Shown here one piece after another: positions 56,194 to 63,814 of a stretch of DNA of 64,000 nucleotides. Source of the stretch: a virus; IMG/VR virus record IMGVR_UViG_3300017991_000003, positions 32,001-96,000 of that record; one strand, given 5' to 3'. The notes below the pieces were generated by a model. The model was not told the origin of the DNA. It searched no databases and was given only the letters and a program-made list of their open reading frames with translations. The position numbers and the translations under genes are program-made. Each line of letters opens with the position of its first letter. Positions within the stretch are counted from its first letter, which is position 1.

Positions 56194-56900
56194 GGCTTGG
56201 TCAGGGTCAGGATGGTGATCATGTAAGGCGTGCGCAGGAGTAGGTACTTGTCCTGGACTGCCCATAGCACGGGGCTCTTGCCTAGGAGGATCAGGCACTG
56301 GCGGAGCTTGGTGACGTTGACGGCCGGGTAACGGCGCTCACCCGAGATGGGGTACTCAGTCGGCTCGGCTCGAAGACCCTGCTGTGGGCAGATCTCCATG
56401 AACTGGTAGTTCAGGGCTGACTGATGTGCTCGCGATTGCGGGATGACACCCAGCGGGTCTCCGGTCACGCGCTTGAAGGCTGCGGAACGAGCAGCCAGTT
56501 GCTGCATCAGATCTGCGTGCGGGTAGTCAGGGCCGGCCTTCACTGGCGCAGCCCTCGGGGTGTCGAGCTGCGTGCTGCTGTAGATCGTGGTGACGGTCAT
56601 GTTGCAGACCATTCGATCTAGCGGCCAGTCCTCGACCCAGGTCAGCTCTTTGGTGATCGAGGGGTGCAGTTGGTAGAGCAGGCGGCCTCGACCGCGTGCT
56701 AGGTAAGGGCGCTTCCACGCAGCCAACCGGTGCGAGCCTTCGACCCGTTGAGGTGTTTGGTACTCCGCAAAGGGGCCGGCCGGTTCTGTCGGTTCTGCGG
56801 CTTTTCGAGGCTGCTCCAGGTGGGTCAGCAGGGTAAGGACTCGCGCCTGATCACCCGCGCTCAGGGCCTCGATACGCTCAGCGATGGTCTTGTCGGTCAC
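56190..56900 (-). CDS. Hypothetical protein
   Basis: GTG start at 56898-56900 preceded by AAGGAG 7 nt upstream; track ORF extends further into non-coding sequence. Confidence 0.5.
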   Translation of the reverse strand: MTDKTIAERIEALSAGDQARVLTLLTHLEQPRKAAEPTEPAGPFAEYQTPQRVEGSHRLAAWKRPYLARGRGRLLYQLHPSITKELTWVEDWPLDRMVCNMTVTTIYSSTQLDTPRAAPVKAGPDYPHADLMQQLAARSAAFKRVTGDPLGVIPQSRAHQSALNYQFMEICPQQGLRAEPTEYPISGERRYPAVNVTKLRQCLILLGKSPVLWAVQDKYLLLRTPYMITILTLTKP

Positions 56901-57127
56901 TAAAAAGCTCCTTGGTGAATCAACCGGAGCAGAGCTCCGGAGGTGAAAGGTGCCCCACCCGCCGAGAGGCGAGTGGGGCGGTTGCCAGGATGCACACGAA
57001 CTACTGGAGTGGTGGACCTGAGCTGAGCCGGAGTATGGCACCGGATCGAGCCGGATTCAGTGACTGCGTATAGCTCGTTGGGTTTGTCTACCTCGTGGAT
57101 GAGCTCGGAGTCACGACTCGAGCGGAG

Positions 57128-57289
57128 TCGCCTGCCTCGAGCTCATTGTTGCCATCATCTCGTCTGGTTGATGAGATGGCGGCGGCTCCTCCTCTCCTGT
57201 TATCCTGCGCTTACAGTATTCTCGGTGCCCGAGCTCGACCCATCTCGTCAACCTGACGCGATGATGGCAACAATGAGCTCGAGGCAGGC
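57128..57289. repeat. 31-bp perfect inverted repeat pair separated by 100 nt
   Basis: 57128-57158 is the exact reverse complement of 57259-57289, verified base by base. Confidence 0.9.
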
Positions 57290-57438
57290 GCCGCAGCGAG
57301 AGGCGCCGTGGCTCAGCCTCGTGGTGGGCAAACCCACGAGTTATTCGCAGACACTGAAGCCGGCCCGGTTGACATGCTCTGGCTCAGCTCAGGGTCTACC
57401 CGTAGGTGCAAGTGTGGCCGAGGTTGCTGTTGCGCTAT

Positions 57439-57457
57439 CTGCGGCGATGCGCCGCAG
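57439..57457 (+). repeat. Hairpin motif copy 1 (CTGCGGCG-ATG-CGCCGCAG)
   Basis: 8-bp stem, 3-nt loop; shares core GGCGATGCGCCGC with two other copies. Confidence 0.8.
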
Positions 57458-57785
57458 GACCCTCAAGTCAAGAGGGAATAGCTCTTCGTGTGCGGGGATT
57501 CCAAGGCAAGAGCCTGGATGGGCGCGCAGAGCATGATCCCGGTCGTGGAGGCGTGCCCGAGCTTTGTACGCGACCCGGTTCGGGTCGAGGATAAAGCGAA
57601 GGACCAGCACGCTGTAACGATCCGTGGATTATGCTCCGCGCTGTCCCAGCCAGCGCTTCGTTGGTAGTGGGAGGCGCCTCCGCTAGGAGGCGACGTCCTC
57701 GAGTTGCGCTACTGAAGCGACCACACATGCTGGCATGTGTAGCTTCAGGTGCGCAGTGCTCGAGGCCCACGACCAGTCGTACAGT

Positions 57786-57802
57786 GGCGGCGATGCGCCG
57801 CC
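57786..57802 (+). repeat. Hairpin motif copy 2 (GGCGGCG-ATG-CGCCGCC)
   Basis: 7-bp stem, 3-nt loop; same core. Confidence 0.8.
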
Positions 57803-58040
57803 TGAAGACGTTGTGGATTAGGCCTCCGGTAGGCCCGTTCCAGTCTTTCTACTCCCTTGGAAAGGTAGTCACCTCTTGCGAGGCTGGCTGGCTACCTTGG
57901 TATCGGCGCTCGTAGAGACTACCCGGTCACACGCCCGCCGGAGGCGGGCTTGTGGACGCGTGGTCTCAACGTAATGTGTCACAGGAGACAGCTCGAGGCG
58001 CAGCTCGAGCGGGCCTCCGGCCACAGTTTCTATCACTTGA

Positions 58041-58053
58041 CGGCGATGCGCCG
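58041..58053 (+). repeat. Hairpin motif copy 3 (CGGCG-ATG-CGCCG)
   Basis: 5-bp stem, 3-nt loop; same core. Confidence 0.75.
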
Positions 58054-58265
58054 CCGCGGAAGTCAGATGGGCTAGCTAGACCACTTCTTTCCTTGCTCCG
58101 CCGAAGATGTACCTGTTGGCAGCCCTGGTACTGGGCTTTTGGCTATGAAGAACGGATCATCGGGGCCAACTACCCTCCTGCTCTTCGTGCCTGTTGGTAC
58201 CGGCCTTTGGCCGGCAGCCGAGCCTGCTCCGGATTATGTGGAGCAGACTCGGTTCACTTGGTGCG

Positions 58266-58733
58266 CTAGCCGCGCTCCTTGACGGGGACCTTCATGATGA
58301 GGACGTCGCCCTCCTTGAGGGTCATCCCGTCGGTCACCTCCTGGCCGCCGATGTGCGGCTTCGACCCCTCGGGGGTGCCGAAGCGGCGAGCGTACTCGGT
58401 CCGCGCGTCGGCGACCGAGGTGCCGGCGGCGACGTTGAGGCGGCCGGGCTCGCCCAGACCGTCGGTGGCCGCGGCGGTGACCGTGGCGACCGGACCCGCC
58501 TGCGGGGTCTCCTGGGTCGTCGGCGCCGTCGTGGCGGTGGGAGCGGTGCGCGTCACGGCGACGGCCACCTCGGTGTCCGTGGGCAGACCCGTGGTCTGGT
58601 CCCACTTGGTCGGATCCGAGTGGTCGACCTCGTAGAGCACGGGGTTGCCGGCCGCGTCGTTCGCGGGGGAGTCGGCGTAGCGGATGCGACGGTTGAGGGT
58701 GTCGAACGCGGGGCGCTTGATGTTTCCGGTCAT
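58266..58733 (-). CDS. Beta-grasp (ThiS/MoaD/ubiquitin-like) domain protein with N-terminal extension
   Basis: C-terminal ~60 aa (GRLNVAAGTSVADARTEYARRFG...TLKEGDVLIMKVPVKERG) matches the ThiS/MoaD pattern by eye; ends in a single Gly; no clear ribosome-binding site. Confidence 0.5.
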   Translation of the reverse strand: MTGNIKRPAFDTLNRRIRYADSPANDAAGNPVLYEVDHSDPTKWDQTTGLPTDTEVAVAVTRTAPTATTAPTTQETPQAGPVATVTAAATDGLGEPGRLNVAAGTSVADARTEYARRFGTPEGSKPHIGGQEVTDGMTLKEGDVLIMKVPVKERG

Positions 58734-58756
58734 GGTGCAGAGGGTGTGTAGAGGGT

Positions 58757-59491
58757 TCAGGTGAGTTGGAGGGAGTGCTGCGTCTGCGGCGCGGCTTTCC
58801 CACCGAGCACGTCGACCACGATGGTGTTGAAGCTGGGCTTCATCGGGTCGTCGATCGTCAGGACCTGGGCGAACCAGGTCTGCAACATGGCCTGGGCGAC
58901 CGCTTGGTTCGCCAGAGCCAGTTGCGGCTGCGTCTCGTACTCCTGGGTGCAGTCCAGCTGATCGGGAAACTCGTTCCCAGGAGTCTCATGACGCATCTCG
59001 GGGTTCCGTTCGGTGAGCGACGCGCAGACGTCCTCGCTGTTGATGCGGCGCCAGAGCATGGCCTGGCCGCTGTCGAGGTCGTTGCCGCCGTCCACCCACG
59101 TGAACTCGTCGAGCTTGTCGAGCTGCTCCTCGAGGAAGCAGCGGGTCTTGTTGTTGTCCACGCAGCCGAACAGCGTGACGCCCTCGACCAACCACTCACG
59201 GTGGTGGTTCAGGAGCCGATCGCTCAGGTACATGGAGATCACCCGGACGTCCAGGCCCGGGAAGGTGTCTCGCAGGGTTCGGGCCATGATCTCGGCTTTG
59301 TTCTGGCCGATGGCCGCGGCGCCGTGCTGGCGCGCGAGGTTGTGGTCCTCGACCTCGTCGCCGTCGATGATGAAGAGGGTCGGATTCTGGATCCGATCCC
59401 CCACCATCTCAGGCGGGTGGGCGAGAAGACGAGCGAGCGGCTCGGCTAGGTGGTAGCCGATGCCGCCCGCTCCGAGGATGGCGTAGATCAT
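58757..59491 (-). CDS. E1-like adenylyltransferase (ThiF/MoeB family)
   Basis: Start at MIYAILGAGGIG (Rossmann GxGxxG); IIDGDEVEDHNLARQ matches the E1 Arg-finger; GCVDNNKTR matches the conserved DN..R segment. Confidence 0.7.
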   Translation of the reverse strand: MIYAILGAGGIGYHLAEPLARLLAHPPEMVGDRIQNPTLFIIDGDEVEDHNLARQHGAAAIGQNKAEIMARTLRDTFPGLDVRVISMYLSDRLLNHHREWLVEGVTLFGCVDNNKTRCFLEEQLDKLDEFTWVDGGNDLDSGQAMLWRRINSEDVCASLTERNPEMRHETPGNEFPDQLDCTQEYETQPQLALANQAVAQAMLQTWFAQVLTIDDPMKPSFNTIVVDVLGGKAAPQTQHSLQLT

Positions 59492-59495
59492 GAGG

Positions 59496-61394
59496 TCAGG
59501 GGTAGATGGGGAGGGTGGCTTCTGTTTCGGACTTGTTGCAGAAGGCGATCTCCTCGAGGAGGACATCGTCTTCCATGTCGTCGGGGTCCTCGAGGACTCC
59601 GTCCATCTCGAGCACCAGTCGATCCATCTGATCGAGGATCTCTTGGTAGTCCTTGCGGTAGGGAATGCCGGCGTTCTGGGCCGCCTTGCGGACGACAAAG
59701 TAGGTCAGCCGGAACCACTCGAGCAGGACGCCGTCGGAGTCCTCTCGCGAGAATGCCTCGACGTAGCTCAGGTTGGTCTCGATCACGGTCTCGATCACGG
59801 TGTCGATCGACGTCTCGGGGAACACAGTTTTCACCGTCGGGTCGGCGTAGACGTATTTCGAGAGCTTGTCGATCCGGGCATCCAGTGCGATCGACTTGAA
59901 TAGCCGGTCGAGAAGGTCGTCGATGCGATTCATCACCTCGTCGATGACGTCTCGAACCAGCATGCTGTAGAGGGTCTGACGACTCTCGGATGCGCTGTTC
60001 TGCGCTTCTTCGACGATCTCTTCGATCGTGGGGGCGTTATCGAACCACTCACTGGTCGAGGCGTGGTTCATGAGCAGATGCAGGGCTAGGGCCGTAGCGT
60101 TGCTCGACGTCAGACTGTCCTTGAACGAGGTGCAGTACGCCCACACGGCTCGTGGGAAGGTCGTTTGCTGACCCTCCGCCTTCTTGATCAGCTGAAGGGG
60201 GTAGTGCGCTTGCGGTGAGATCACCATGCCGTAGAAGCCGGTGTGCATCCGCTGGATGCGGAACTTCTTATCAGCGACCAGCGAAGGGCCAGAGGCTGTC
60301 TTGCTGACAGGTACCAGTGAGGTAGTCGTCTTCTTCGTCGTCTGGCCAAGGCCACCCTGCGCCCCCGTACCCCCAGTCTTGCCGCCAGGAGTCGAAGGCG
60401 TACCCGCTTTGCCGCCGGTCCACTTTTTCGAGCCATAGCCGCCATACCTGCTGGTCTTGGCTTTCTTCTCCGCCTCCTTGATGGCCTCGCTGGCCAACTT
60501 GAACGTGGTAAGACAACGGGCGGCCTCGCCCATCCTGTCCTTCCAACGCCCCAGGCTTTCCATCGACCCACAGAAGGTCATCACAGTGCTCGTGTCGACG
60601 TCCTCGAGCTTGTCGACGCTGAGACCGACGGCGAGCTCGTCGGGATCGACCCCGGCCTTCAGCATGGCTTCGCACAGTCCGGGGTGGGCGACCCGGTTCA
60701 GCCACAGCTGAATCAGATCCAGGCCGCCCTCCACGAAAGGGATGTCGAACAACTCCTCGAGACCGGTCGCGTGGCGGATGCCCTGCGCCTTCTCGTTGCG
60801 GTAGCCGGGGAGGGCGGTGACGAACGACGGGCACACCGAGAAGGGCGGCTTGTCCACGTTCCCGAAGGTGATGTGGAAGCCCGTCTGGTTGAGCTCGTTG
60901 GCGTCGTCGGTCGAGCTGTGGTAGGCTCCACCAGCGCCGTGACTGTGCGCGGTGCCGACGCAGATGAACTCGACAAGCTCTCCATCCTCGCAGATGGGGC
61001 AAGCGTTGCCGGCTTCGAGCTCGATCGAGCCGATGCGACAGGTCGTGCAGAAGCTCTTGACGTTGGGATCGTACTTCACGTGCCCCGCGGAGGCGGTGTA
61101 CCACGGCGGACTGACGAGGGTGTAGGCGTCGTCGACCGGCCCTCGGTGGAAGAGCACGAAGGCCTCGGTCTTCCACAGGCGGTAGACCTCGGCGAAGTAG
61201 CGGTAGACGAACATCGTCTCCGCCATGGAGATCTTGGGCCAGTTGGTGAGGTCCAGGTCACGCTGGATCTGGTCGGTTTCACCGAGGTCCTCGGCCCGGG
61301 CGGGAACGAAGGCCTGAGCCCAGGCGGCCCCGCCTGGGCCGATGGTCTTCAGCACGTGGGCTTGGTTGCCCTTGTAGTAGATGTCGGTGGTCAT
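59496..61394 (-). CDS. JAB/JAMM metallopeptidase-domain protein with zinc ribbon and large C-terminal domain
   Basis: Exact JAMM signature HSHGAGGAYHSSTDD preceded by CTTC...CPIC; GC3-rich codons checked across the gene; start at internal Met giving ATGA overlap with upstream gene. Confidence 0.7.
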   Translation of the reverse strand: MTTDIYYKGNQAHVLKTIGPGGAAWAQAFVPARAEDLGETDQIQRDLDLTNWPKISMAETMFVYRYFAEVYRLWKTEAFVLFHRGPVDDAYTLVSPPWYTASAGHVKYDPNVKSFCTTCRIGSIELEAGNACPICEDGELVEFICVGTAHSHGAGGAYHSSTDDANELNQTGFHITFGNVDKPPFSVCPSFVTALPGYRNEKAQGIRHATGLEELFDIPFVEGGLDLIQLWLNRVAHPGLCEAMLKAGVDPDELAVGLSVDKLEDVDTSTVMTFCGSMESLGRWKDRMGEAARCLTTFKLASEAIKEAEKKAKTSRYGGYGSKKWTGGKAGTPSTPGGKTGGTGAQGGLGQTTKKTTTSLVPVSKTASGPSLVADKKFRIQRMHTGFYGMVISPQAHYPLQLIKKAEGQQTTFPRAVWAYCTSFKDSLTSSNATALALHLLMNHASTSEWFDNAPTIEEIVEEAQNSASESRQTLYSMLVRDVIDEVMNRIDDLLDRLFKSIALDARIDKLSKYVYADPTVKTVFPETSIDTVIETVIETNLSYVEAFSREDSDGVLLEWFRLTYFVVRKAAQNAGIPYRKDYQEILDQMDRLVLEMDGVLEDPDDMEDDVLLEEIAFCNKSETEATLPIYP

Positions 61395-61816
61395 GTGGTG
61401 ATCAGGGGTGGGTGGAATCGACGTAGGACGGTCAAGACCGCCTGGGTGTCTTCGTTGATGTCTTGCTCGGCTAGTAGGTGATCGAGCCGGCGCATCCAAT
61501 CACGTAGGGTCGTGAGCTGCTCGGGGCCCATGCTCGCCGGAGGGTCGACGACAGGACGTCGGTCGCTCTCGTCTCGGATCAAGTTGAAGCGGATGTTGTT
61601 GATCCTTCCACCGTCTAGCGCAACTGGATAGGTGCGTTGGAAGATCTGACCAAGAGCCTCGATCATCTCTCGAGTAAGACCCGTCCCCTCAAGATCGAGA
61701 AGGTGCGGTCGGTTCTCGAGGATCCGAGATAGAAGCTCCTCGCGTCTCCGGATAATGGCCTGGTGATCATTGTGTCGATCACGCGCGCCTTGCACGGTGT
61801 CCAGAATGGTGGTCAT
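61391..61816 (-). CDS. Hypothetical protein (operon member)
   Basis: 141 aa; ATGA overlaps at both ends (61813-61816 and 61391-61394). Confidence 0.55.
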   Translation of the reverse strand: MTTILDTVQGARDRHNDHQAIIRRREELLSRILENRPHLLDLEGTGLTREMIEALGQIFQRTYPVALDGGRINNIRFNLIRDESDRRPVVDPPASMGPEQLTTLRDWMRRLDHLLAEQDINEDTQAVLTVLRRFHPPLITT

Positions 61817-62655
61817 CGGACCACCTCTCGCCACTTCTCGGCCGCCGTACCGAGCTCCCGGCCCAGTACGATCTCATCGACGTCCGTCTGCCAGGTCATG
61901 ATGCGATCCTCGGTCCAGCGCTGCCATCGACAGAACTGCCAGAGCATGACAGTGTTCATGTTCAGGCCCAGATCACGCCGCCTGTCGTAGTCGGTGTAGT
62001 CACCTTCGGGGAGTTGCTCGAAGTACGGGACCTCTCGAAGCGCTTCGGGAACCTCAAACCCCTCAGGGAGCGGCCCGCTGAAAGGTGGCATGGTCAGGGA
62101 GTGCTCGTAGTGCGCGTTGTAGCCGGACTCGTTGATGAGCTTGAGGACCATCTCCGGGATCGACTGGAGCCCGTTGTACCGGTACTGGCGGAACACAGCA
62201 CCCGTGCACATGCCTCCCGTATCTTGCTGGTTCGGTAGGAATGATTTGTACAGAACCGGGGTGTACCCCGCCTCCAGATGCGGCTGCTGCTTGGTGAAGA
62301 AGCAGCGGGCATCGGAGAGGCGCCCGTCGTAGATCGAGATGATGAAGACGCGCGCAGGCATGGCGACCAGGAATCGAAGACCCTCCGGCCAGCCGCGGTT
62401 CTCGCGGACGTCGATGGAGATCCTCTCAGCCCGCGGAGGCACGACTGCCATGAAGTGCTCGTTGTGGGCATCCTTGGTGTGTGCCAGGATGTTTACGTAG
62501 GGGTGGTACGGAAAGAGGGCGCCAGCGCGCCGGCCTCGTTCCTCGAGGGCGGTCACGACGTCTTCTTCCCGCGTGATGCGGTTGACGTGAACCGTTTGAT
62601 GGATCACGTGACCATCGACGATGACGAGTCGATCGTGGGTTTCGAAGTTGGTCAT
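61813..62655 (-). CDS. Hypothetical protein (operon member, candidate effector)
   Basis: 280 aa; ATGA overlap with the RT stop at 62652-62655. Confidence 0.6.
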   Translation of the reverse strand: MTNFETHDRLVIVDGHVIHQTVHVNRITREEDVVTALEERGRRAGALFPYHPYVNILAHTKDAHNEHFMAVVPPRAERISIDVRENRGWPEGLRFLVAMPARVFIISIYDGRLSDARCFFTKQQPHLEAGYTPVLYKSFLPNQQDTGGMCTGAVFRQYRYNGLQSIPEMVLKLINESGYNAHYEHSLTMPPFSGPLPEGFEVPEALREVPYFEQLPEGDYTDYDRRRDLGLNMNTVMLWQFCRWQRWTEDRIMTWQTDVDEIVLGRELGTAAEKWREVVR

Positions 62656-63755
62656 GGGAGGTACGCGCGTGTCTCGGCGCTGTAGTTGGTGGGGGTGTTG
62701 TGGTGCACGTCTTGCGCGACACGCAGTTGTAGTTGGAGCGAGGCTCCTTGATCAGGGTTGATGAAGTTGACGTGGTTGACGAGGCCGGCGAGGTGGTCAA
62801 AGTTCACCGGCACAGGGCCTCGGTGCGTCAGCTCTCCCCCACGGGGACAGCGGCCGAAGTGCGCGTCGCAGATGATCTTGTGCAGCCGGGCGCGAAGCGC
62901 GCGCCGTCGAGGCCTGGGAGCGCTTAGCTTCTCGTTGACGACGACGCCGCAGACCGTCATGCGACTGCCGATGGAGCGGAATCGGATCTTTTCGGGGGCG
63001 ACCTTGTAGCCCAGCTTTTTCAGGAACCCGATGACGGGGTACTGGAACTGGTACAGCTTTCTGTAATCCGCCGTGAAGGTCATGTCGTCGCTATAGCGGG
63101 TGTACGCGATCGGCAGGAGTCTGATCTGAGTCTGCGTCTTTCGCCGGCGCTCTCCGTGGTTGTCGACCCACCGCATCGTGGGGTTGGTCCGCCAGGACTC
63201 GATCAGCTTCAGGATGCCGAAGTCCACCTGAGCCCCTGCCAGGTTGGAGAGGAAGGGGGACGTGGGGGCTCCTTGTGGTAGGCCACCATCCAAGAAGCAG
63301 GCGCGTTTGACTCTGTCAAGGAAGAGCCTGTCGGCACGTGACATCGGTTGCATGTACCCCCTGGTCAGGAAGTACTCCAGCTGCTCGAGGACGACGTGGG
63401 GAGACACGGACGGGAAGAAGTCCCGCAGATCGATGTCCAGCTTGTACCGGTGACCTACATGCGGGGCGGCGTTGGTGTGGATACCACGCTTGCGGACGTA
63501 GGCATGAGCTGCTGGGGAGGCCCCGATCCCGAGCGCTTTGAGCTCGCTGAGGATGAGCTTTTGAGCAGCCATTAGCTCCGGGCAAGGGATCTGGAGCTTT
63601 CGCATCTTCTGACGTGTCCGACCGTTCGAAAGCGTCTCGAGTACCGGGACTTCTCGACCATCCCGGGTACGCCTGGTCTTGGGGATTCGTGCGAATCGGT
63701 AGTGCTCAGCTTGAGCGGTGTCCGTCAGGACATTGAATGATGGGTAGCCAGCCAT
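62652..63755 (-). CDS. Reverse transcriptase, retron-type
   Basis: TNAAPH (NAxxH), YKLDIDLRDFFPSV, GLPQGAPTSPFLSNL (QGxxxSP), YTRYSDDMTF (YxDD), RMTVCGVVVN (VTG-like); GAGGG ribosome-binding site 6 nt before ATG. Confidence 0.8.
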   Translation of the reverse strand: MAGYPSFNVLTDTAQAEHYRFARIPKTRRTRDGREVPVLETLSNGRTRQKMRKLQIPCPELMAAQKLILSELKALGIGASPAAHAYVRKRGIHTNAAPHVGHRYKLDIDLRDFFPSVSPHVVLEQLEYFLTRGYMQPMSRADRLFLDRVKRACFLDGGLPQGAPTSPFLSNLAGAQVDFGILKLIESWRTNPTMRWVDNHGERRRKTQTQIRLLPIAYTRYSDDMTFTADYRKLYQFQYPVIGFLKKLGYKVAPEKIRFRSIGSRMTVCGVVVNEKLSAPRPRRRALRARLHKIICDAHFGRCPRGGELTHRGPVPVNFDHLAGLVNHVNFINPDQGASLQLQLRVAQDVHHNTPTNYSAETRAYLP

Positions 63756-63814
63756 GATCTACCCTCAGATGACGGCGCAGATTGCGCTCAAGGCAAGAAG
63801 TAGCATGTGCTTCA

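Noticed and set aside
57060-57536. 158-aa plus-strand ORF in the gene-free region
   Set aside because: Arg/Ser/Leu-rich junk-like composition; the region is dominated by hairpins and repeats, so treated as non-coding
56901-58265. tRNA genes or a CRISPR array in the non-coding region
   Set aside because: No cloverleaf with proper acceptor, D and T arms could be drawn (the GGTTCGGGTC segment is just a 7-bp stem with a 3-nt loop); the repeated hairpins are 255-347 bp apart and not regularly spaced, unlike CRISPR repeats
58234-58803. 189-aa minus-strand ORF overlapping the beta-grasp gene in another frame
   Set aside because: Arg/Pro/His-rich junk translation; the 58266-58733 frame carries the recognisable ThiS/MoaD-like C-terminus
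60271-61176. 301-aa alternate-frame ORF inside the JAMM gene
   Set aside because: Arg-rich low-complexity translation; the JAMM frame has GC3-rich codons and the exact JAMM motif
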